Below are positions 1-8,839 of a stretch of DNA of 32,000 bases, one piece after another. A program made the translations under genes and the position numbers. Each line of letters begins with the position of its first letter. Position 1 is the stretch's first letter. Under the pieces are notes generated by a model. It saw only the letters and a list, made by a program, of their open reading frames with translations. It did not search any database and was not told the DNA's origin. The DNA comes from Wallemia ichthyophaga EXF-994 (lineage: Eukaryota > Fungi > Basidiomycota), in contig NW_008806281.1 in assembly GCF_000400465.1 (NCBI RefSeq), positions 150,001-182,000 on the forward strand, in the 5' to 3' direction.

Positions 1-1005
1 CCCTCGCTCGTCCTCTTGATGGCAGTTGTTCACGTTCTTCGGTATTCTCTTCCTCGTGACTATCACCTAAAATCTTTGATTCACGTCTTTCTGGGGAGTA
101 TCCTGAAGGGTCTTGAATTACATAATGTTCAGGGTTTGTTCGCGGCGTCTCAGAGTTGCCGAAGTTGCCGAGACTCTCGGCGGGAAACTGATGGGCACGA
201 AGCATGCTAGAGTTCGAGGAAAGAGGCTGCCTTTCGGCCATAGATTCATCCTCTTCCTTGAGTGGTTCGACTGGAGAGATCGTAAGTTGGGAGTTGTGCA
301 TATGGAACAACCACACTTACCAGTACTCAACCAAGCCTGTATAGGTTCCCAATCGTCGTGAATATCTTTCATTGGGTGCTCATTGATAGTGGGTATCTGA
401 TCATTATCTGCAGCAACGGAGCTAAATCTTTGAGGTACGGCAAAATGAGTAGCCGGAGAAGTGGGCAGGCTGGACATGGATGGCTTCCTAAGGTTAGTCG
501 ATGAAAAGGCCTTCCTTGGGAAATTGAATAGACTGAGCGTGTTCCTCTTCCGCACACCAGAAAATTGTGATTGAGAATGACTTGTATTTCTTTTAAGTGA
601 TTGAATTGTATGCCAAAGAGAGGAGCTTCTCTTATCTGTTGATTTGTTTGAAGAAGAATGCTGACTTTGACTAGATTGTCGGTTTCGCAGCCGCTCTTGT
701 TCCTGCTGCTGCTGCACGGTCAAACTCGATGCACGCGACGGCACCGGTGGTTGAGCTTCCGGCCTCACTAGCGATGACTGCCTGTTTGGTATATAAGAGG
801 ACGGTAGTGGTACGTTGAATGTGTTTTTCGGTGGGTTTGATGTATCCTCGATGCTCTCGCTGCTCTCGCTTGGATCCCCATCCGAACCGGACGGCGGTGT
901 GAGATCGCTGGGAGCAGGTGACGGTGTTCGCGATGCACTCTTTGGCCGTCTTGCAGATCGTTGTGGTCTCGCTGGCCTCTTCTGAGGCACCTCGAGATTG
1001 CTCAT
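1..1005 (-). CDS. Hypothetical Ser/Pro-rich disordered protein; 3' end runs off the left edge of the window
   Basis: ATG at 1005. A GTAAGT...CTCCAG intron at 320..271 (50 nt) restores an open frame (EPLKEEDESMAERQ...) that continues to base 1. No recognisable domain. Confidence 0.7.
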
Positions 1006-1158
1006 GGTGGAGGTGTAACTTCAAGTGGAAGGAGCGCGGAAAAACAAAGCGTTAATTTGGTCAATCAGGAACTCTGATGTTGTATATGTTAGTAGATCAT
1101 TTGGTGCTGGAGTGTAATCGCTACAAACGCGTATAACCGGTCTCTTAATCGTGCAGCC

Positions 1159-2429
1159 ATGACGCTCGGATATGCAAAGTTACAGGATGGACGGATAGAC
1201 GGTGCAGATGGTGCAGGTGGTGTGGACAGCACGCATGAGCCACCGCACACGATCCACTCCAACTGGAACAAGGCTGATGCAAATCTCGAGGAAATCACGC
1301 TGGACGATCTCAGCGAGCCAGTCGAGCCAGCGCCACTGAAGCGCTCCCTGATAGCCGGATGCGGGCCACTCGGGCGCAACTACACTCCCAGCTCCATCTA
1401 CGAGTCTGCGGCCCCCGTTGAAGCCGTCAAAGTGGCATTAGACAATGGTCGGTGGCGGCTTATAAACTGTGGAAATCGAACGCTCTCTCTTACATTGCAT
1501 ACACAGGTGTGCGTGCTTTCGATAACGCCCCTCACTACGCACCCGCCGAAGCCGTTCTCGGCCGGGCGCTTAACATCCTCGAGCCATTGCACCCGAGGCA
1601 CACATACACGCTCATCACCAAAGTCGGTCATTACGGCGATGAGGTCAATTACAGTGAGGCGCGTATTCACGAATCTCTCCGCAGATCGTTTGCATATCTC
1701 AACACGGACTACCTAGATATCGTCTACCTCCACGATGTCGAGTTCGTAGCGGAGGCGATAGCTGATATCAACGAGGCTGGTCAGCCAACAAGAGTGCTCG
1801 ACAATCTCCAAAAGTACAATTTGACTGGTGAGCCGAGGATACTGGGCAAGGGCGACGAAGAGGTGCTCAACGCCCTACGGATACTCAACGGGTATAAGAA
1901 AAAAGGCAAAATACGCAATATAGGCGTTTCCGCACTACCCTTACCAACACTGCTGCGTGTTTCTAGGTTGGCTATTAGCCACCTCGGAAAAGATTCACTG
2001 CAGTATGTCATGTCGTATGCTAATCATGGCCCTCAAGCGCTCGCTCCACCCAGCTATATCCAAACCAATTTTGAAGCATTCGAGGGGCTGTTTGATGACA
2101 GTATCTCTCTCGTCACTGCTAGTCCGTTCGCTATGGGCTTGCTCACTCCTCAAGGCCCCCCAGACTGGCATCCTGCGCCAGATGGTCTCAAAGATACTGC
2201 AAAACGCACAGTGAAAGCGTTGGGCCAGGAGGCTAGCAAAGCTGCGGCGAGCTTCTCTATGCGCAAATATACAACTGTCAGCGGTTGGCAGAATGCAGAT
2301 GAGGTAAAACAGGGTCTGGAGGCGTACCATGACTCAAAAGCCAGCGAAAGTGACTTGGAGAGAAAGCTCGTTGATGCCTTCATAAAGTCTGGATGGAGTG
2401 GCTATGTTTGGAGTAGCGGAAGGGTGTAG
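1159..2429 (+). CDS. ARA2: Aldo-keto reductase, D-arabinose 1-dehydrogenase (ARA2-like)
   Basis: Two ORF-track frames joined by a GT-AG intron at 1448..1506. AKR motifs FDNAPHY, ITKVGHY, YLHDVEF and ASPFAMGLL are present; LHDVEF is typical of the Ara2 subfamily. Confidence 0.8.
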
Positions 2430-2541
2430 CTGTAGTGAATAGAATTTATAGAATACTGAGAGTGTACCTAGACAATGATATGAAATAGCGAGCTTAATTG
2501 TTTTGATGAAGTTTCTAAAACAAAACGATTGCAAAAATATT

Positions 2542-2614
2542 AGCCCCACGCGGGGCTCGAACCCGCAGCCTTGTGATTAAGAGTCACACGCTCTACCGAT
2601 TGAGCTAGCAAGGC
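2542..2614 (-). tRNA. tRNA-Lys(CTT), intronless
   Basis: Reverse complement GCCTTGCTAGCTCAATCGGTAGAGCGTGTGACTCTTAATCACAAGGCTGCGGGTTCGAGCCCCGCGTGGGGCT folds as a cloverleaf. Anticodon arm TGTGA-CTCTTAA-TCACA, TTCGA T-loop, and a T5 Pol III terminator at 2537..2533. Confidence 0.97.
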
Positions 2615-3692
2615 TGTTAATAGCGTTCTCAACAATTTACAATATAATCTTAATTTGTGCAAAAGCAAAGATGTCACAAGGCATCAAATTTTGACATTAT
2701 AGACGTCAAAATCACACAATAATAGACAAGTTCGACAAAATTTCTACTTTGATGCTTTAGTGAGTAAAAACGAGTAATAGTTGCAAATATGACGGTTATC
2801 TCATCAAAACAACAAAAAGAGGCATTCTGCAGTATCTTTGAAAGTATAAGTGCTCTTCTGTAGCTGAAATATGCTGCTTAGTGTAATAAAAGCTCTATGA
2901 GCATAGTAATAACCTTCCAATAACAGTTTGAACTCAGTCGATTTTCGAGGAGATGACATATTCAAGAGTGTTCTTAAAGTCATACAAAAATATCATTAAA
3001 GCAACACGATACTGTCTCAATGAACCCAAGACTGATTTAAAAGTTCATGATATTGATGTGTTAACGCCTCAAATACCCAAGAAAATAATGGGTACCTGTG
3101 ACGCAAAAAAATGATTGAAATTCCAAATTGCTTGTTGTATCTACCACTACTTCACTTGTAGCACTTTTAGTCACCGATCTGAATCACCTCTGCACGTGCA
3201 TCAATGATATCACGAGAGTCATAATATCAGAGTGAAGACTTAGTGATTCAAGCCATGCTAGGTTCAAGAAAAGGAAAACCTTAGATTGCTTAATTTATCA
3301 TCAAATTCTTCCTATAAACGTGTTCAATGGGTTAGGTGTTGTTTAGCGCTCTGCAATGGTTACAATGGTTTTGGCATGTCTCAGAGATAGACATTTGAAA
3401 AAGAGAAATACACACTCCTAAAACCCTGAGAGGCACAAATTCTTAAAATTGGCCTTATATTCTGTAAATTGCCGATACATGCTTTTGTACCTGAGTCGTG
3501 CAGCGAGCGATTCACAAGGCGTTTTGTGCCAAATAATTGAGCCGCACCAATTTATCACAGGTATCTCGACAGGGGGACGTAAAGCATAATAAATAAAGAA
3601 AGAACAAAAGAGTGAAACGTGAGAGTGAGTGAAGGGTATAGACAATTCTCGTAAACAGAAATATCGTTATTAAGCTCAAGTAGCAGATAAGA

Positions 3693-4757
3693 CTAACTAG
3701 CAGAATCGATCGACTGCCTCCTCTCAGAGGCTGTGATGAAACTAGCAGCAGTGGTAGCAATAGTAGTAGAGCTCTTCTTATAATTAGAAGCAGGATTATT
3801 GTAAACTAAATCAGGACTGCGGATAGGATTGAGCGGACTAGTGCCAATGTTGTAGCTACGGAGAGATTGAGTGGTGTTTGAATCGAAACTTTCTCGGCGA
3901 CTGTTAGGTGCCAGAGCTCTAGTGGAGAATTCGTCGTCATCGAGTTTGAGTGAGGAGTGCAGGCTAGATTTAGTGATAGAATTTGAGTTGTCATTGTGGT
4001 AAATTCTTCCAGCGTTTGAAGAAGCGAGAGTCATGATTGAAGCGTCGTCATTAGGGGGAGAGAGAGGACGTGGATTGTTGTGTAGTTGAGGACGTGTGTA
4101 CGTGGGAGGGGTGTTGTAAGAGATCTGGGCGTTGTGAGAGTTGTAAGAGGAGTTCGGATTAAAATGAGGAGAAGACGGAGAAGCCTGGGCGATTTGAGCG
4201 ACTTGATGAGATTCTAAAGAGGATCTATCGTGTGGATCGATGGATAGCAGAGTAGTTGGCTTAGTACTGGCTTTAGAAATAAAAGTATTCGATTCGTTGT
4301 CGTCGTCGTCGTTGTCTGGATGATCGGTGTTAAGAGTGGAATGAGAATGAGTATCTGGATCGCTGTCAATGGAGTTGGAAGTGAAGCTGATGGACTTCTT
4401 GCTATTGAGGGGTTTTAAGCTTGCGTCATCGTCTGCGCCGTTGTGTGGGCCGATTGAAGATTCTGGGTAATTTGATCGCTTGATAGTGGAGAATGAGGTG
4501 TGGTTGACGACGCCATTGAGAGTGGACCTGCGCTTAGAAGATGGCTTTGGCGTATCGTGTAGCTCGTAATCGTAAGCAAAACCGGGGGCAGGGGGAACAT
4601 TAGTGGAAGAGCGTCTACCAAGGCGTTTACTCAGCCAATTGATGATTGGCTTCCGATCTTTCTTTTTAGTGGCTGAGATTGGAGTGGTGGTGGGTGTTGT
4701 GTGTGGTTGTTGCTGTTGCTGTTGTTGTTGCTGCTCTCTCTCCTCAGAAGATCTCAT
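3693..4757 (-). CDS. Hypothetical Ser/Asn-rich protein with N-terminal polyQ
   Basis: Intronless ORF of about 354 aa from the ATG at 4757 (MRSSEEREQQQ...). Low complexity; no domain recognised with confidence. Confidence 0.75.
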   Translation of the reverse strand: MRSSEEREQQQQQQQQQPHTTPTTTPISATKKKDRKPIINWLSKRLGRRSSTNVPPAPGFAYDYELHDTPKPSSKRRSTLNGVVNHTSFSTIKRSNYPESSIGPHNGADDDASLKPLNSKKSISFTSNSIDSDPDTHSHSTLNTDHPDNDDDDNESNTFISKASTKPTTLLSIDPHDRSSLESHQVAQIAQASPSSPHFNPNSSYNSHNAQISYNTPPTYTRPQLHNNPRPLSPPNDDASIMTLASSNAGRIYHNDNSNSITKSSLHSSLKLDDDEFSTRALAPNSRRESFDSNTTQSLRSYNIGTSPLNPIRSPDLVYNNPASNYKKSSTTIATTAASFITASERRQSIDSAS

Positions 4758-5312
4758 GACTGTGAGCTGCAAACAAGTTCAAGTGACGTGAGCCATTCAA
4801 CATGAAAGATACAAGAAGGAATTTATTTAATTCCCTAAAACACCCTTTTAACCTCAATAAACATTTCCTTGCAAATCTACGTGGGTTGCTGTGAGCCTGT
4901 GTATTCTGCCCGCCGTCTCACCCACCTTACACCTCCCGCCAGTACCTTGCCTCCTCGCGTCTGTTTTGCAACTCAGCCAATTGATGATTGGCTTCCGATC
5001 TTTCTTTTTAGTGGCTGAGATTGGAGTGGTGGTGGGTGTTGTGTGTGGTTGTTGCTGTTGCTGTTGTTGTTGCTGCTCTCTCTCCTCAGAAGATCTCATG
5101 ACTGTGAGCTGCAAACAAGTTCAAGTGACGTGAGCCATTCAACATGAAAGATACAAGAAGGAATTTATTTAATTCCCTAAAACACCCTTTTAACCTCAAT
5201 AAACATTTCCTTGCAAATCTACGTGGGTTGCTGTGAGCCTGTGTATTCTGCCCGCCGTCTCACCCACCTTACACCTCCCGCCAGTACCTTGCTTCATCGC
5301 GTCTGTTTTGCA
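4629..5312. repeat. Direct tandem duplication, 2 x 342 bp (4629..4970 and 4971..5312)
   Basis: Read side by side, the copies are identical except at 4951/5293 (c/t) and 4954/5296 (c/a). Confidence 0.97.
4835..5099 (-). CDS. Putative chimeric gene created by the duplication (polyQ N-terminus fused to the C-terminal half of a RING finger), 71 aa
   Basis: ATG at 5099, in-frame junction WLS|CKTD at 4971/4970, duplicated 49-nt intron at 4925..4877, and terminal exon ICKEMFIEVKRVF* ending at 4835. Expression is unknown. Confidence 0.5.
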
Positions 5313-5477
5313 CAGGTAAGCGTGATTACAAGGTACACAACTATATTCCACTGGTTTCGTTTTGCAGATGAGGCATATAATTGGTGTGTTTGGAGTGTTT
5401 GGAGTACCTGGAGTATCTATAGTACCCTGAGTACCTCGAATATCGTTAATATTACTCGTTTTACTCGTATTGCTCAT
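5177..5477 (-). CDS. Small RING-finger protein (C3HC4_3-like), 83 aa
   Basis: CLIC-x11-CNH-x3-CKTD-x9-CK, then intron GTGGGT...CGTAG at 5267..5219, then ICKEMFIEVKRVF*. Splicing supplies the last Cys of the CxxC pair. Confidence 0.85.
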
Positions 5478-5510
5478 CGCTGTTTCTAATCTTGAACAAG
5501 AACCACCATC

Positions 5511-6112
5511 ATGACCTCAATAAACAACGCCATCCACTCAATCAAATCCCCGCTTTTAAAATCATTCCTTCTCTCTGAATCTAATTTCTGGTTTGTGGCA
5601 CAGAAATCCCAGCATCTCCTGCCGCCATCAACGACCCTCGAACAAGCGCAATCTGATCCTCGCGCTTTGAGACCTTCGCCGTTTCAATTCAGAAAGTCCA
5701 AGCTCACCGGTAAATGGCAGCCCCCGCGTTACTCGAGGAGACAGCAGGCTGACCTCATCAAGGCTGCCAGAGCTGAAGGCGTGATGCACCTACTTCCAAC
5801 TTCAGTCAAGGACGCTGTCACCGATGCTGTTTCCGTTGAGAAACCCTTTAATTGGCAGGAGAAGGCCATGTTTGATGTCCTCCCAAGGGCTCCTAGAGCC
5901 GTTGCAGAGAAGAAGTTTAAGGGTAGTCTCTGGCACAGGAAGCAGCCAGCCAGACAAGCAGCAATCCATGAAAATCTACAGAACATGTCCCAAAAGATCG
6001 ATTTCTGGAACAAGGTGCGCTGTTCTCTCTCTTTGTTCTGTCTTCTTGCTTACTCTCTACAAAGGAAAAGGAACAGCGCAAACAGAAACACACTCCGCCA
6101 CTACCTTTCTAG
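5511..6112 (+). CDS. MRPL25: Mitochondrial ribosomal protein mL59 (MRPL25)
   Basis: KWQPPRYSRRQQADLIKAA motif and KKFKGSLW. Intron 6015..6064 followed by exon EKEQRKQKHTPPLPF*, ending in the LPF C-terminus typical of the family. Confidence 0.85.
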
Positions 6113-6209
6113 ATTCATTTGTTTCACACTTTATACATTACTCTTTATCGCATTCGTTTTCTTTCCCTCCTTGCCCTCTTCTTGCTCCTCTCCTTACTCT
6201 CCATTCTCC

Positions 6210-7280
6210 ATGGCTAGACGTTTCACTGTAAAAGTTCCAGCGACTTCTGCAAATCTAGCGTGTGGCTTTGATTGCCTGGGTGCCAGTTGGGAGGGTATTG
6301 ATTTACGTCTGAGCGTCTCTCACCAACCCTACCCCGCAACGAAACACACAACGCCTACAATCACCTACACAGGCGAGGGAGCTGGCGAGGTACCTCTGGA
6401 TCCATACAAGAATCTAACGACGCGCGTGTGCATATATGTGTTAAGATGCCACGACATAGGAGAATTCCCCGACGAGTTGGACATAAAAGTGCACAACGAA
6501 ATCCCCTTTGGACGCGGTCTGGGCAGTTCCGGTGCTGCGGTGGTAGCTGGGGTCTTATTAGCGGATGCGCTGGCTGATTTGCGTATGACGCCGTCGCGCC
6601 AGCTCGATTTCGCGCTAATGGTTGAGCGTCACCCCGACAACGTAGCTGCAGCGTTGATCGGCGGGTTCGTAGGGAGCTACCTGAAAACGTTACCAGCGGG
6701 GGCGCTCGACCCATCCAGCGTGCCCATGAGCGAGGTGCTACCCGAATACCCGCGCGACGCCAGCAAGGACTGGGGAAGCAAGCCTCCCGTCCCCCCGCAC
6801 GAGATCGGCCACTGGCTTCGTTATGGCTGGGCAGAGCAGATCAAGGCGCTTGTAGTCATCCCTCAATTTGAATTATCTACCGCCAAGGCTAGGGGGTGTC
6901 TACCGGAACTGTATGAGAGGGGAGATGTCGTTTTCAATTTACAGCGCCTCGCTGTACTTACTACAGCTCTCTCCATTAATCCACCGGACCCACATCTTAT
7001 TTGGGAAGCTATGCAGGACCGTCTCCACCAGCCGTACCGCGCTGAGTTGATACCAGGTCTACCGGAAATCACTAGATCTCTCACACCTTCAACCCACCCA
7101 GGTCTGCTTGGAATCTGCCTCTCAGGCGCTGGTCCAACTATACTCGCCCTGCACACACATAACGATGACGCCATTGCGCAGGGCATCTGCAGCATCTTTG
7201 CAAAGAACGGCGTGCAGTGCAGACTCGAAGTGAAGGGGATATCGCTTACGGGTTCTACGGTGAATTGGGAGTTAAAATAA
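6210..7280 (+). CDS. THR1: Homoserine kinase (GHMP family)
   Basis: VKVPATSANL..GFDCLG, IPFGRGLGSSGAAVVAG, ERHPDNVAAALIGGF, MQDRLHQPYRAELIPG and CLSGAGPTIL motifs. Confidence 0.95.
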   Translation: MARRFTVKVPATSANLACGFDCLGASWEGIDLRLSVSHQPYPATKHTTPTITYTGEGAGEVPLDPYKNLTTRVCIYVLRCHDIGEFPDELDIKVHNEIPFGRGLGSSGAAVVAGVLLADALADLRMTPSRQLDFALMVERHPDNVAAALIGGFVGSYLKTLPAGALDPSSVPMSEVLPEYPRDASKDWGSKPPVPPHEIGHWLRYGWAEQIKALVVIPQFELSTAKARGCLPELYERGDVVFNLQRLAVLTTALSINPPDPHLIWEAMQDRLHQPYRAELIPGLPEITRSLTPSTHPGLLGICLSGAGPTILALHTHNDDAIAQGICSIFAKNGVQCRLEVKGISLTGSTVNWELK

Positions 7281-7338
7281 TGCATTTCCTGTGTTTTATA
7301 TGTTTTATATCCTTTCTGCCTTTGTCTCTCGTACGACC

Positions 7339-8046
7339 ATGTCGAACACGGCCATCACATACACACAATACCACGACGAGCGGCAGCTTGCGAGTATCAT
7401 GGATCTCATCGACACGGAGCTCTCAGAGCCCTACATCAACATGACTTACCGGTATTTCGTGCATACGTGGTGCGTGGTGTGTGGGTGAGGGTGAAGCCAA
7501 GGCAGCTAACAGCGCGCGCGTGCGCACTACAGGCCACAGCTGACGTTTTTGGTGGGTGTGTTGGTTGAAAACATTGCAATTTGCTTATTCATTGTTTCTT
7601 TCATTGCTTGCTCAGGCTCATGACCACACCACGGCGCAATCTCAATCTCAATCACTTGCACAGAACTCCGCTCTCGCTGTTGGCGTCGTCGTATGTAAGC
7701 AGGAGAGACACAAGTCGGGGCTGATGCGCGGTTATATCGCTATGCTCTCAGTGCGTACGGATTATCGTAAACGCGGTATAGCCACGAAGCTCGTGAGGAT
7801 GGCGATAGACGCCATGATTAGCGGCGGTGCTGAGGAGGTGCGTGTGGAGCATGGATTGTAAAGTATAAGCAATCTAACACACGGCAGATTGTGCTCGAAA
7901 CTGAAGTGGATAATTCCACATCTATTGCATTTTACAAGAGACTTGGCTTTATGGCAGAGAAACGCCTTTATCGGTTCTACATGAACGGAAAAGACGCTTT
8001 TAGGCTTTGTTTACCGGTGGTGGAAGGGGAGGATAAGTATGGATAG
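7339..8046 (+). CDS. MAK3: N-terminal acetyltransferase NatC catalytic subunit (NAA30/Mak3)
   Basis: Exons 7339-7469, 7533-7551, 7616-7837 and 7888-8046. Motifs ELSEPY, RGYIAMLSV, KRGIATKLV, IVLETEVDN and KRLYRFYMNGKDAFRL. Confidence 0.93.
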
Positions 8047-8048
8047 CC

Positions 8049-8110
8049 TGTGGCTTGTGGCTTGTGGCTTGTGGTATTTAGCATTTAGCAATTAGCAATT
8101 AGCATTTAGT
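8049..8110. repeat. Two abutting heptamer minisatellites, (TGTGGCT)x~4 and (AWTTAGC)x5
   Basis: Read directly between the convergent MAK3 and MED4 stop codons. Confidence 0.85.
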
Positions 8111-8167
8111 AATCCATAGTCATCATTAGCATTAGAAATAGCCTCAGCCTCAGCCTCAGCATTGAAA

Positions 8168-8839
8168 TCAATCCAGCAAATCAAACTCAACATCCCCATC
8201 ACCGTCAAATGCTTGCATGTGTTGCTGCTCTTGTGCAGTGCTGTTGATTGGATGGTGGACCACTTTCTCAGCCTCCACCTCGCGACTCTCTCCCATTTCA
8301 AGCGTGAGCGTGTGTTCCTCGCCCTGAGCAAATAGGATACCACGACGCATGTTTGATTCGGTGGGGAAAGGCATATTGAATGGCTGCTGAGGGGCGTGGC
8401 TGTCGTTGGTGGTGAGAGACGGTGGAGCGTGGGTGAAAGCAGCCAACTTTTGAGCGTATTCGAGGAGAGTTTCGTGAGGTATTTTACTCTCCTCAGCCGC
8501 TCTCATCTGGGCCTTGTCTTTGTCACTGTCTTGTACAATTCTGCCCAAATCATTCTGTGATTGTTTGAGTGTGTGTAGTGAGTGCTGGATTGATTCTTCC
8601 AACTCGATGATATCCGTTTCCAGAGCAGCAATAATACCCTGTCGCAGCTGGTGCCCGCGCAGCTCCTCCAAATGCACCGACAGTGCGCTGTCCAGTTGTG
8701 AGAGCTGTGCCAACGCCCCCACACTAACTCTTCCGGGCTTCACTGGCTGGCTGGACAGACTGGCGAATAGAGCAGCGCTTATTCTGTCGATATCATTCAG
8801 CGTTTTTATTGCTTCTTGGTTCCCAACGCCCATCATCAT
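8168..8839 (-). CDS. MED4: Mediator subunit 4
   Basis: Coiled-coil region followed by LLEYAQKLAAFTHAPP and PFPTESNMRRGIL, characteristic of Med4. The start is one of three tandem ATGs at 8839, 8836 or 8833. Confidence 0.85.
   Translation of the reverse strand: MMMGVGNQEAIKTLNDIDRISAALFASLSSQPVKPGRVSVGALAQLSQLDSALSVHLEELRGHQLRQGIIAALETDIIELEESIQHSLHTLKQSQNDLGRIVQDSDKDKAQMRAAEESKIPHETLLEYAQKLAAFTHAPPSLTTNDSHAPQQPFNMPFPTESNMRRGILFAQGEEHTLTLEMGESREVEAEKVVHHPINSTAQEQQHMQAFDGDGDVEFDLLD

Noticed and set aside
3418-3427. CTAAAACCCT as a telomerase RNA template or telomeric seed
   Set aside because: Only 10 nt, a similar string occurs in the nearby spacer, the organism's telomere repeat is unknown, and no supporting structure was seen.
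5196-5267. ORF-track C-terminus VGETAGRIHRLTATHVDLQGNVY (also in ORF 4854..5114)
   Set aside because: This is intron read-through; splicing supplies the final RING cysteine.
4629-5312. The 342-bp direct repeats as LTRs or a CRISPR array
   Set aside because: The copies abut with no internal sequence, lack TG...CA termini and target-site duplication, and consist of host gene fragments.
5511-7280. The 589-aa ORF as a single primary gene
   Set aside because: A canonical intron yields a normal mL59 C-terminus (LPF*), and THR1 has its own ATG at 6210. The fusion is kept only as a possible minor isoform.
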